Virus record (IMG/VR): IMGVR_UViG_3300035208_003134
Coordinates: 33,891-97,890 of that record
DNA from: a virus
Taxonomy: Duplodnaviria > Caudoviricetes
Strand: one strand, 5' to 3'
DNA: 64,000 nt
Position 1 is the first letter of the stretch. Every line of letters starts with the position of its first letter. The notes below the pieces were generated by a model that did not search any database, was not told the DNA's origin, and saw only the letters and a program-made list of their open reading frames with translations. Shown here piece after piece: positions 18,491 to 29,203 of the stretch. The translations under genes were made by a program, and so were the position numbers.

Positions 18491-21364
18491 ATGAAAGCAT
18501 TAGTTTGGTCAGACGGTCATATCCATACTTGGAAGTCTTTCGGCATTTCCGAAGACTCGGTAATCTCTCGGCGCTTACAAAATCAAGTTGAAATCCTCAA
18601 GCAGATAGACGACCTCATAGTTGAACACGAAATTCCTCTCCAAATCTTCGGCGGCGACCTCTTCCACAAAGTAGGCGAAATTCCGGTTGAATGCATAAAC
18701 ATAGTAAGAGATTGGGTAAACAAGGTTGAAAAGTACTGCAAGATTGTTTGGGTACGGGGCAACCACGATTTAATCTCTGATGTTGTCTATCACCAATACC
18801 GCGACGCCATAAACTTCTTAGAGAAAGACCACTCCAAGGTAGTAAGGTTCGGAGACCTTTCCATATGCACCATAGGCTACCACGAAGTAGTTGACTACGA
18901 TAAGATTAAAGGCTACGACTTAGTAATCCTTCACAAGCAGCCCGCCTTAATAAACGAATACGGTCATAGATTTAAAGGTGTAGATTGGAAGACCCTTGCC
19001 GAGAATAACAAGCTCGTACTGTTCGGGCATTATCATAAGAAAGTCCGGCTCGCCGACAACTGCTTCACCATAGCACCCCCGCTCCCTCTAACATTTGACG
19101 ATGTTGGGGATAGAGGCGTTTACATAATAGATACCGATGGCATAAATTCCACATTAAAGTGTGATTTTGAAGTCATTGGTGGTCTTGCTGTAGCATTCAT
19201 CCCGTTGAAGTCTCCTAAGTTCGTTACAGTAAAGACCGAAGCGGAAGTGCTGGACGATGGCAATTATTACAGGGTGCTTAATGCCACGAAGAAGATTGAC
19301 AACGCTAATGTATTGTCTGTCGTCCAGCCACCGTTTTTTGATGAGCGTATTAAATCCGACGACTTCAATACCATACTTAGGGAATGGCTCTCTGTGAACA
19401 ATAAAGACGAGACCTACCTTGAGATGATTAAGGATATAATAACAGACAAGATTAATACCGTCAAGCAGCTCTTTAAGGGCAGGCTTGCCAGTGTGGTCAT
19501 AGAAGACTTTATTTCAGTAGGCAAAATGATTGTGCCGGTAGAAAATGGCTTTACTTTGGTATCTGGCATTAACCTTGATACCAACGACAGCAACGGGTGC
19601 GGTAAGAGTTCAATCTTTGAGGCTATTTATTGGTGCTTGTTTGGTGAGACCACCAAAGGCTTGACCGGCGACGATGTCATTAGGCGCGGCCAAAAGAACT
19701 GTACGGTGTCATTAGAGCTTGAATATGAGAATACACTCTACACAGTGACCCGCTCCAGAAAGCACGGCTTGAAGGTTGTTATAGTTAGCGGTGTTGGGGG
19801 CGATGTGGGCGAGCAGAATTTGACTGATGGCTTGCGCCTCGTGGATGCACAACAGCTCTTGGAAGGTATCCTCGGCTTTGATAAAACCGTATTCTTGGCA
19901 TCCTGCTATTTCTCGCAGGAGAACTTAGTTATGTTGACCGGTCTCTCCGACGGCGACAAGACCGAAATGATTACTAACCTTTTAGGCTTTGACAAGTATG
20001 ATGACCTGTACCTCAAAGTCTTTGAGAAGATAAAGAAGTTTACTACCAGAATTGACGAGCTTGGGCGTGAGAAGACAGTGCAGGAGAGCAACATTGCCCG
20101 TAACAAGTCCAATGTCGTGCTTATAAATGGCTTTATTAGTCAAAGCAGGCTACATATTGAAACCTTGAAGTCCGAGATTGAGGGCTACCGGCAGCAAGCT
20201 CCGGCTACTAATATAGAGGAAGAATTGCAGGCTCATACTGCCAAGGAGGACAACCTTAGCCGTCAACACGAGGAGGTCTCCAAGAATTATGACATCAAGA
20301 CCCAAGACGTGCAAGCTGTCCGGCTGTCCAAGGCTACTAACGATGCTGAATGGCGAGGCAAGATTAGTGAGAGTGCCAAGGTTGGAATAAAGATTAAGAG
20401 TTTCAAGGCTTTGGATGTCGGTGCGAAGTGTGACAAGTGTGGGGCTATGATTACGCAAGAAAATGTCCAACTTTTTATTGACGAGAGTACCAGAGAATTT
20501 GATAAGTTGAGCTTGGAGTGCGATGAGTACCAAGCTAAAGCCACGGACTTAGACCAACGCATCGCCAAACTGGATGCCGAAGCTGATGTACTCTACTCCG
20601 AGAAGAACTCATTGTATAGTGAGCTTGGGCGAGTCCGCGCCGAAATCAAGTCCTTGATACAGGCTAAGGGTGAGGCAGATAAGAACCTTGCATTAATTAA
20701 GGCTTGTGAGGGTGAGATTGCCGGTACTGAAAAGCAGATAGAGAAGGAGATTGAGAAGCGCGATAAAGCTAATGACGAAATCTTGAGCTTTGACGATAAG
20801 ATTACCGAGCTTGACTGGCAAGTTGAGAAAACTAAAGCCGGTCTGGAGGTCTTGGAATTCTGGAAGTTCTCATTCTCGCCCCAAGGCATACGCGCACTCT
20901 TGTTGGATAGGTTCTGCAACGAGTTTAACAGTACAGTCAATACATATTTATCTACGGCGAGCAACGGGACAATGAGCGTAGCCGTTACCCCAACTAAGAC
21001 CCTAAAATCCGGAGAAGCGCGCAACAAGATTGGTATGGATATTTACACCGGCGGTGAGGCAGTCAAGTATGAGTCTCTCTCCGGCGGTGAGAAAAGGCGC
21101 GTAGATGTGGCATTATGCCTCACCCTGAATAAGTGGATTAGCCAAAAATATGGGCTTTCCAACGGCTTACTTAGCCTGCTTATACTGGATGAGGTGTTTT
21201 CATATATAGATGCTTCCGGCGAAGAGTCGGTAGCTACGCTCTTATACAATGAGGGCTTGAATAAGGCGGTATTTGTAGTCTCGCACACCGCAGACCTTGG
21301 GAGCTATGCCGAGCGTGTCCTGACAATAATCAAGGAGCACGGCATTAGTAGGATGGCTGAATGA
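18491..21364 (+). CDS. Fused Mre11/SbcD nuclease - Rad50/SbcC ATPase
   Basis: N-terminal SDGH, GDLFH, GNHD, GHYH; then NGCGKS Walker A, coiled coil with CDKC zinc hook, LSGGE signature, LILDE Walker B. Confidence 0.9.
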   Translation: MKALVWSDGHIHTWKSFGISEDSVISRRLQNQVEILKQIDDLIVEHEIPLQIFGGDLFHKVGEIPVECINIVRDWVNKVEKYCKIVWVRGNHDLISDVVYHQYRDAINFLEKDHSKVVRFGDLSICTIGYHEVVDYDKIKGYDLVILHKQPALINEYGHRFKGVDWKTLAENNKLVLFGHYHKKVRLADNCFTIAPPLPLTFDDVGDRGVYIIDTDGINSTLKCDFEVIGGLAVAFIPLKSPKFVTVKTEAEVLDDGNYYRVLNATKKIDNANVLSVVQPPFFDERIKSDDFNTILREWLSVNNKDETYLEMIKDIITDKINTVKQLFKGRLASVVIEDFISVGKMIVPVENGFTLVSGINLDTNDSNGCGKSSIFEAIYWCLFGETTKGLTGDDVIRRGQKNCTVSLELEYENTLYTVTRSRKHGLKVVIVSGVGGDVGEQNLTDGLRLVDAQQLLEGILGFDKTVFLASCYFSQENLVMLTGLSDGDKTEMITNLLGFDKYDDLYLKVFEKIKKFTTRIDELGREKTVQESNIARNKSNVVLINGFISQSRLHIETLKSEIEGYRQQAPATNIEEELQAHTAKEDNLSRQHEEVSKNYDIKTQDVQAVRLSKATNDAEWRGKISESAKVGIKIKSFKALDVGAKCDKCGAMITQENVQLFIDESTREFDKLSLECDEYQAKATDLDQRIAKLDAEADVLYSEKNSLYSELGRVRAEIKSLIQAKGEADKNLALIKACEGEIAGTEKQIEKEIEKRDKANDEILSFDDKITELDWQVEKTKAGLEVLEFWKFSFSPQGIRALLLDRFCNEFNSTVNTYLSTASNGTMSVAVTPTKTLKSGEARNKIGMDIYTGGEAVKYESLSGGEKRRVDVALCLTLNKWISQKYGLSNGLLSLLILDEVFSYIDASGEESVATLLYNEGLNKAVFVVSHTADLGSYAERVLTIIKEHGISRMAE

Positions 21365-21777
21365 CGAAGCGCCAGCTCCTGAAAAGGCTCCGGAACCGAG
21401 CCTATAAGCTTTGGCGCGAATGCGTCTTGATAAGGTGGGGGTACAAGTGCGTGGGCTGTGGGGAGAAGAAGCTCCCGAATTGCCACCACATAGTACCAAA
21501 GATTTTTGCTTCTTTGAGATATGACCCGATTAACGGGATTGTGGTGTGCCCAAAGTGCCACAAGTTTGACAACCGGTTCTCGGCACATAAAAATCTCCTG
21601 TGGTTTGCAGTCCTGCTCGTGAGTAAGCTTGCGGCTGGGGAAATCAAGTATTTGATTAGGAAAATGACTGCAGAGGGCAGGGTTAAGATAGAGCCGACAG
21701 TTGAGTACTACGAAGGTGAGATTAAAAAATTGGAAGAGTTTCTAAAGACGAAAGGAGCAACAAATGGCAAAAGTTAA
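21361..21777 (+). CDS. HNH endonuclease (NinG-like)
   Basis: CVGC...HHI...RYD..NG..VCPKCH. Confidence 0.8.
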   Translation: MTKRQLLKRLRNRAYKLWRECVLIRWGYKCVGCGEKKLPNCHHIVPKIFASLRYDPINGIVVCPKCHKFDNRFSAHKNLLWFAVLLVSKLAAGEIKYLIRKMTAEGRVKIEPTVEYYEGEIKKLEEFLKTKGATNGKS

Positions 21778-22180
21778 GCACCCGAAAATAACGGAAAGAA
21801 TTGGTATTTATGCGGATAAAAAGCTCGTCTCTATGGCGGGTGAAGGCAGGCATATTAAAGAGCATTATGTCGTAGTCTCGGACAAAAAAGTCGGCAAGAA
21901 GAGGGTCATCACCCTTGAAGTCCAAGACCGGCGCGAGGTGGACAGGAAGAAGAAAGAGCTCTTGGAAGCCATTTTGGTTAATATGGGCGACCAGAAGAAC
22001 AAGACTGTTCGTGCTCTGGTTGCGGATGTATTGAATGATTATACCGACAGTAGCATTGACGACCTGCACAATAGGGTAGTTACTAAAAAACAGCCGGTTA
22101 AGGCGCAGGAAGGTTGCTTCAAGCTCGTCATAGGGGACGGCAGGAAAAAGGGTCATAAAGAAATAATGATAAGGGAGTAA
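21764..22180 (+). CDS. Hypothetical protein
   Basis: ORF with AAGGAG RBS. Confidence 0.6.
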   Translation: MAKVKHPKITERIGIYADKKLVSMAGEGRHIKEHYVVVSDKKVGKKRVITLEVQDRREVDRKKKELLEAILVNMGDQKNKTVRALVADVLNDYTDSSIDDLHNRVVTKKQPVKAQEGCFKLVIGDGRKKGHKEIMIRE

Positions 22181-22183
22181 ATA

Positions 22184-22684
22184 ATGGAACTGAAATCCAG
22201 TATGGAAGATAGAGTAGTAAAGCTTAAAATGCTTGTGGTATTGATAACTCCTAAGGACAGGGACGCCTTAGTGGATTTGCTAAAGTCAATACCTAAGAAA
22301 GCTAAGTTAGACAGGCTTGATGAGTATATGCTCAATAGCTTGATAGGGGCTATGGAGAACCCACAAGAGCCTCAAGAGCCTGAAAAAGTTAGTCCCCAAC
22401 CAGCCACGGAAAGTACGCCAGTAATTAAGCAGCGACCACCGATTGAAGAAGGCAAAGAGCCCTCGCCGGAAGAGAAGAAGCGTATGATAGGCGATGTGAA
22501 GAGAAGGCTTGACCCAAAAAATGAAAAGAACTTGGTGCAGTTTATTGCCGAGTCGGTAGCTTTTGGCAAGAGCCAATTTGGTGTTAAGGCAGACCCTAAG
22601 GCACAAACCGAGGAAGCATTTTGGGATTGGTTATATGAAAATCAAATTATTAATATTGACGGCAGTCCTGCTAACCGTACTTAG
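22184..22684 (+). CDS. Hypothetical protein
   Basis: ORF with GGGAG RBS. Confidence 0.6.
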   Translation: MELKSSMEDRVVKLKMLVVLITPKDRDALVDLLKSIPKKAKLDRLDEYMLNSLIGAMENPQEPQEPEKVSPQPATESTPVIKQRPPIEEGKEPSPEEKKRMIGDVKRRLDPKNEKNLVQFIAESVAFGKSQFGVKADPKAQTEEAFWDWLYENQIINIDGSPANRT

Positions 22685-22958
22685 CGTTATCTTTGAGGAC
22701 AAGACTTATAAGATAACTGCTTACTGCGACCAAGGGCTTACTAAAATGGGAACTCCAGTTAGGGTTGGAGTATGTGCCGTTGACCCCAAAGTTATTCCTT
22801 TAGGTAGTATAGTTGAAATAAAAGGAATAGGGAGGTTCAGGGCAGAAGATACGGGAAGTAAGGTTAAGGGAAGGGTTATTGATATTTATATGCCAAATTG
22901 TGTTGAAGCAAAGAAGTTCGGTGTCCAATGGCGAAAATTTGAAATAGAAAGAAGGTAA
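22635..22958 (+). CDS. 3D-domain (MltA-like lytic transglycosylase) protein with signal sequence
   Basis: Hydrophobic N-terminus; ITAY, AVDPKVIPLGS, AEDTG, IDIY. Confidence 0.85.
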   Translation: MKIKLLILTAVLLTVLSVIFEDKTYKITAYCDQGLTKMGTPVRVGVCAVDPKVIPLGSIVEIKGIGRFRAEDTGSKVKGRVIDIYMPNCVEAKKFGVQWRKFEIERR

Positions 22959-22959
22959 T

Positions 22960-25900
22960 ATGAGAGTTAAGTGTAAAAACTGCAAGAAGTTTATCAGGGG
23001 CATATGCGATAAGTTTAAGCGTAGGCGTTCTTCTGGCAAGAAGCGCGAGTGTGCGTTTCACGACCCCAAACCACCAAAGCAGAGGGTCTATGCTCCATAT
23101 TTTAGGTTTATTTCAAGAGAAGAGCGCCGTAAGATGAGGCTTAAGGCTGCTGAAGACAGGAAGAAAGCCGAGGCTTATCAAAAAGAAATGGAGCAGAAGA
23201 AATTGCTTGCGGCCTCAATGCAGGACATAAAAGCTCCACAGGCTAAGGTTGTAATTAAAAAGCCCAACATCTTCAAGCGTATGTTTAGGAGAACCGGTGG
23301 CAAATGATAGTAGCCCTACTTGTGGCTGTGCTTATTGTTTTGGCAATAGCGAGCTCTGCCAGTAAGTCAACAGTCCGGAAGTGCTTCTCCGCGAGCTGTG
23401 CTTATAACCGGCGTGGGCGTTGCACTAAGGCGCAGATTGACATTTACGATAATGAAGTCGTTGGGATTTGCCTTTGGCATACGAGCCCTATGGTCCAACG
23501 GGTCTCCGGAGTACTTGCCAAGGGGAGAAACATAGGAAAAGTTGACGGCGAAATAGCCTTTATGGACAAGTTCAAGAAGGCAATGGAAGACGACAAGGAT
23601 TTGCAAGCAGTCAAGAACCCTGAAGAATTTGCCAAATGGATGAAAAAGAGGGGCGTTGACCTCTGGTAAGGAGAATAAACAATGAAACCAATGCAAAGAT
23701 ATAAGGTCTGTTTCAATCCTATACCCGAAATTAACTGCTTTATGCGGGCAACTGATTTTTTCAAGGATGGCGAAGGCATTGCTTTAGAAGAAATCTTCGT
23801 CGTAACTTGGAAAGAGGGTGAGGTTGTGGATGAGGCAAGGATTAAGGCTATGGCGGAGAATATCCGCAAGGCACTGGAACACGAGAAATTTGAAGTGTTT
23901 AGCGTGGAGGCAATATGAGTACCGGCAGGATAGTCCAAACATTGGATGAGGTGGTTGAGGAGCTTGAGGGCGTACTATGTGACCCAGAGGGCAACGTCTG
24001 CATTGCGGGTAGTGAGGGCGACCGCATAGTTATCAGAGGTGCACTGAATAAGCTCAAAGGTCTTGGCGGTAGGCTTGAGAAGGAGGTTAGGGAATTAGGC
24101 TTTGACCTCGTGGACGATTACTTTCCTAAAGGTAAATGCAAGGAGCGCGGTCAAGCTTTAGTCTTGTATTCATTGTTAGTCATAAGGTTCTTAAACAAAA
24201 TCCGGACAGAGCTTGCAAGGGGCGTATTACTCAACTGCCCGAAGTGCGGTAAGAAGTTGAAGTGCTTGCGTGACCCTAAAACTAAGAAAATTAATAGGCA
24301 CTTGTTGGGATGCAAGTGCCTTAGCACTAAAAGAGTTTCAGTAGGTTAAGACGGGAGGTCAAAATGGGTGGACTAAGGAAATTGTTACAGATGTTTAGGA
24401 AAAAGTCAAAGAGGCTCTGGGCTTCGGGCGAGGCACTTACGACTCAAGAACCAAACTCACCAATGCAGGCTATTAGGTGGAATGAGAATGTGCAGATAGA
24501 AGGAAAGAGTACGAATGCAGACGAGAGGATAGCGGCCAAGCCAAAGGATATCGTCAACGAAATCTTGTGTAAGGATGATGAGGTGAAGCTTGACTTTTCT
24601 AACCTAAAAGCTAAAATCAAAGCTGTAGAGAAGAGGCGCGATTTTATGCGGGATGATATGGGCGTCCAGACCAGCGACGAAGAGCAGGCTCTTGGGTACT
24701 TGAATGCCAGACTTACACTTACTAAACAGAAAAATGCCAAGACCTTGTTCCCGTGGCACATTACTACTCAAGACAAGATAGATGCCCTGTGCAAGAAGTT
24801 TAAGGTAAGCGCCGGTCACAGCCTAAGCAGTTACAAGAGGTGCATACCGCAGGAAGCCTTAGATGTTATGGAGCAGTACCTTAAGGCTTGTAGGGTAATA
24901 TCTAAAAAAGAGCCGACCATCCTGCTCATAGTTGATGTAGGCGGCCAAGAGCAAAGGAAAGACCCGATTGTTTACGCAACTTCGCCCTTTGGCAATTATT
25001 TTTATGTCTTGGGGGCGTGGGATAAAGAGGTTGAGATAATTGACGAGCTCTTCCTTTGGAAATAGGAAGGATAAATAGAGGTAAATATGAAGCATAATTG
25101 GTTTAATGATATAAGGCATTTTTTATTTGGTCATCAAGTCCTGTGGGGTCATTGGGTGAAGATAACCAGTAATGACGGGTGTTCTGACCACGCAGAGTGC
25201 ATTTATTGTGGTTATAAAGGTATGATAGATAGCCAGGGAAACCTGTTTTAGAGGAGGGCTCACAATGGGTAGGAGATACAGTTACTTCTGCGACAACTGC
25301 AAGACAGATTTTAAGAACGAAGTGCACATCAACATCAAGAACGGCAGGCTATGTATCTCCTACCCGAACAAAATTGATGAGCAAGACCCCTCAAAGAGCG
25401 AGTGGAGCTCAAGGGACTTGGGCTGTGATGGGGAAGAGAAGCACTTCTGCAGTGGTAAGTGCCTTGGCGAGTGGATTGATAAGAAGGTAGCCAAGCATAT
25501 AGAGAAGTTACACTCCCTGCATTTGATAAAAAAGGAGGTTGAAAGTTAAATGCCCGAAACTGAAGTACTGTGCGACCAAACTGATTGCAAGTTCAATGAA
25601 AACGGTCAATGCGTAAACGACCAAATAGAGCTTGATTACACGGGGACTTGCCGTAGCTATGAGCCAAGATAATAAAAAAGATAGGACATTTTGCGTCTGC
25701 GTAAACGAGGATGATGCCCACATCCCAGACTCCATACTCGTGCACTGCATTCGGTGCAAAAGGAAAGTTTGGCAGTCTTTGCATAATGTAGATAAAGAGC
25801 CCATTTGCCAACCTTGTGCTTTAGAGTTTGCTCAAGAGCAGGTACTCAAAGGTGAGCAGGTGAGCTTTGGCATTACGCCGGAAGACGCGCGCCGGTCGCT

Positions 25901-26826
25901 CATTGAGATAGAAAAGATAGAGAAGAAGAGGAAGGAAATCTTTGATTATGTCTTAAAGCATAAGCCAGCTTGGAGAACAAGGCAACTGCACCTGAAGTCT
26001 ATAATTGATATGGCAGACAGGGACGGCAATGGAATGAAGAGGGTGCAGGTTAGCAATGGCAAGACTTATTTAGTCCCAATAGAAGACATCATTTGTTATG
26101 GACTGAAGGAAGAGGAAGTGCCGACTAAATATAAGGAGATGACAGTATGAAAATAGGGTTGCCTAAATATAAGAAAGTACCGTGGGCAAAATTGAATAAA
26201 GAATACCACAGGACTATCTTCTTGTGTATTACGACTTATTGGCTTGCCTTTTGTACTTGGGCGGCCAAAGGCAGAATTCATTGGGTTGATGTTCTCTTAG
26301 GCTTTCTTTGTGGGCTCTATGTAGGTACTCTAATGATGCAGTACTTGATAGAGAAGCATTTAAACAGCGAGAAAATGCAACAGAGTATCAAGGAAATGAC
26401 AACGAAAGCTTTCAATGAGGCTTTAGCAGTGCTTGAAGCCGAGAAAATCAAGCAAGGTGAAGAAGGAGAGGAGTGGAAAAAATGAGTAGCATAGCAGGGG
26501 TGAAGGACGAAATCAGGTTTGACGGTGAAACAAAGGTCGGCGGTTTCAGGTTTCAGAAGTACATCCAACAGAAGGTTGTGCACATTCATAATCCGGAAGA
26601 CCAAAAGGTTGAGTATCCTATTGACGACTTTCTCAAGTCTTTGGATACCTTTATGCTTAGGCTGAAGGATATTTCCGAGGGTGAGACTATAAGGCTACGC
26701 GACCTATTTGTTACTATGCGCAAGGGGAAGATTGAGCTTGACCTTAAAGGATGCAAGGATACGGTAAACTTGGATGAGTTCCAAAAAGGGATGTCCAAGT
26801 TCAACAAACTCTTAGAAGACAGATAA
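22960..26826 (+). CDS. Run of about 10 small hypothetical accessory ORFs (22960-23307, 23304-23669, 23682-23918, 23915-24349, 24364-25065, 25265-25549, ~25659-26150, 26147-26485, ~26482-26826)
   Basis: Tightly packed co-oriented ORFs with RBSs and ATGA overlaps; several CxxC motifs. Confidence 0.6.
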
Positions 26827-26836
26827 GGAGTGCGGT

Positions 26837-27004
26837 ATGTGGAGTGTTGGTTGTGCAGTTTTGGTAGCGATTTACTTCCTTCCTACATTTATAGCAATGG
26901 GCGTTCATAATGTGAATGCTTTGGCTATATTCCTGACTAACCTGTTTTTGGGTTGGACATTTGTAGGTTGGGTGATATCTTTAATTTGGGCGGTTATGAA
27001 ATAA
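26837..27004 (+). CDS. Superinfection immunity (T4 Imm-like) membrane protein; not in the ORF track
   Basis: Translates to ...IYFLPTFIA...IFLTNLFLGWTFVGWVISLIWA; AAGGAG RBS. Confidence 0.85.
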   Translation: MWSVGCAVLVAIYFLPTFIAMGVHNVNALAIFLTNLFLGWTFVGWVISLIWAVMK

Positions 27005-27535
27005 ATGTCAAGACACCTCGGTACGAGAAGAAGGTTTGAAGCTCCGGAGTTAACGCCGATGTCTTTGCTTACTGAAGAAATGATGAAAGAGCCCATTATG
27101 CCTAAGATAATTGAAGAAGAAGTTACAGAGATACACTGCCACGAGTGCAACGGTTATATTAAATTTGTTTTAGATAAGACTAAGAATGGCAACCACGTTT
27201 TAAATTGCCCGAAGTGCGGCCACGAGCATTGCAGGGTGGTTAAGGATGGAGTAGTGACCGGCGATAGGTGGGAGTCAAGGAATAAGGTGAGTCCACCTCA
27301 ACCTATATCACCAAATCCTGTGACCGGTGTAGCACAGCAGATACAACAGCAACAACAGCAGTATAGTCAGCAATGGGGTACTTATGTTTATCAAATGAGT
27401 ATGACTAATTACTCAACTTATGGGATAGAGACTGCAGGGACTTGCGGTTGTAATGACCCGTTCATTAAGGATGCTTGGATGAACACAGACATCTCTACTT
27501 CAATATATAATACGCCGATTTCGGCAATGCCATAA
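27005..27535 (+). CDS. Zinc-ribbon protein with Gln-rich tract
   Basis: CHEC...CPKCGHEHC; QQIQQQQQQ. Confidence 0.55.
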   Translation: MSRHLGTRRRFEAPELTPMSLLTEEMMKEPIMPKIIEEEVTEIHCHECNGYIKFVLDKTKNGNHVLNCPKCGHEHCRVVKDGVVTGDRWESRNKVSPPQPISPNPVTGVAQQIQQQQQQYSQQWGTYVYQMSMTNYSTYGIETAGTCGCNDPFIKDAWMNTDISTSIYNTPISAMP

Positions 27536-28020
27536 TGGAAAAACACAAGCAATACGAAAAGTTTATGTTGGAGTCAAACACTATTGAGGGTGAGAAGCGC
27601 CTCAATCCAGGGGACATTGCGGCCGTAAGGTGTGCCCTTGCCCTACCTAAAATAGGAAAAGAAGAGCTGTGCCATTTGCACATCCTGCTCGGCGAGTACT
27701 TGAAGAAGGATTGGGTGGGCAAGTTCCGGACTGTAAATGTCCACGTTGGCAGGTTCTGTCCCGTGGACTGTCGCCAGCTGGACTTGGCTATGGAAGCCTA
27801 CTTTCAAGAATTTCCCTTCCTTGACTCTTGGGAAGCACACAATAAATTTGAAGTCATCCATCCTTTCCAAGACCTGAACGGCAGGGTCGGCAGGTTGATT
27901 TGGTTAATGAAGGCTATAAAGGAAGGGTACAATTTCCGTCTTTCGTTCTTACGGGCTTATTATTATCAGACCTTATACAGGTATGAAATGGGCAAGGGCT
28001 TAGTTACTGATAAGTTATAA
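27535..28020 (+). CDS. Fic/Doc family protein
   Basis: ESNTIEG and HPFQDLNGRVGR Fic motif. Confidence 0.9.
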   Translation: MEKHKQYEKFMLESNTIEGEKRLNPGDIAAVRCALALPKIGKEELCHLHILLGEYLKKDWVGKFRTVNVHVGRFCPVDCRQLDLAMEAYFQEFPFLDSWEAHNKFEVIHPFQDLNGRVGRLIWLMKAIKEGYNFRLSFLRAYYYQTLYRYEMGKGLVTDKL

Positions 28021-28328
28021 CAGGAGGATTAATGGATAGCAAAACAGCCGTTGAGTTTATGGCGATAGTAGGGCAGACGCGAGATGAGCTTATCCGGAAG
28101 ATACAGAAGGGAAGCGTTGATTACCGGAGCGGCTATGTGGATGCCTGCCTTGATATGTTCAATGGGATGAAGGCTAAAGCAGAGCCTCATCAAATTAAGG
28201 TAGGATGAAGAAGGCGGTTAAGATAAAGGAGGAGCACCTTTGCCTCACTTGCCAAGTAAAGTGTCCGGAAAATTTGGATGGGGACACGGTGGTGTACAGG
28301 TGCGACGACTATAAGAAGGAGAAGAAGA

Positions 28329-28523
28329 ATGAAGGCAAATAGCATAGTTGATGTTGCGGAATTGGCAGGGGTTTCAACTTCTACGGTCTCAAGGTACTTC
28401 AACGACGGCAATGTCGGTTTGGATTTAAAGAAGAAGATTGATAAGGTCGTGGAGAAGACCGGTTATCAGCCCAACATCAACGCTCGCGCGTTGGGAAGGT
28501 TGAATGGCAAAAGAAATTCATAG
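28329..28523 (+). CDS. Stand-alone LacI-family HTH DNA-binding protein
   Basis: SIVDVAELAGVSTSTVSRYFN...GYQPNINARAL. Confidence 0.9.
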   Translation: MKANSIVDVAELAGVSTSTVSRYFNDGNVGLDLKKKIDKVVEKTGYQPNINARALGRLNGKRNS

Positions 28524-28773
28524 GGTAGTACAGGAACATTACGAAGGCGAATTCTCGTGGATTAAGGTTGAGATACAAGCCAGTGCGAAGGTAATCAGCC
28601 AAATTGGTAAAGCTATCCGCGAAATAATGAAAGAGGCAGAAGAAGATGTCACAATGCAAAAACGAAAATGATAATATGCAGTACAGCCAACCCTGCAAGA
28701 AAGGGCACACCTTCTGTATGGAAGAGAAATGCCCTGACTTTGAGCCGGTAAGAGGCAAGAGAGAGGACGCTTA

Positions 28774-29094
28774 ATGTGTAAGTGGGGAACTAATACTATT
28801 GTTAAGCTATGCAAGCCCAAGCCGGTTAGTGGCAGGACAGAGATAGGAGTTGACTCTTGCATTGCTCCTTTAGTTCAGGCACTCAACGATGCAGGTATTG
28901 CTACCAGAGCCTGCTGTTGTGGACACGGAAAAGGTCTTGGTGACATAATGCTTGAGGATGGTAGGGAGCTTATGATAGCCCAAGATTATGACACTGCTCG
29001 CAAAATAGAAAAGATGTTCTACGGGAGAAGGAAATGGCTGATAAACCTACTAATGAATTTGGTGCAAAAAGGGAAAACATTAACGACGCATTAG
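28774..29094 (+). CDS. Hypothetical phage protein
   Basis: VDSCIAPLVQALN..GI.T..CCCGHG motif. Confidence 0.6.
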   Translation: MCKWGTNTIVKLCKPKPVSGRTEIGVDSCIAPLVQALNDAGIATRACCCGHGKGLGDIMLEDGRELMIAQDYDTARKIEKMFYGRRKWLINLLMNLVQKGKTLTTH

Positions 29095-29203
29095 CCGTGG
29101 TTGATTGCAAGCGCATTCCACCCTGCTGCGACAAGCCGGACTGGAGAAATCAAATGGGAAGTCGCGAGTGTATATGCATAAACTGTAAAAAGAGGTGTGA
29201 TAA

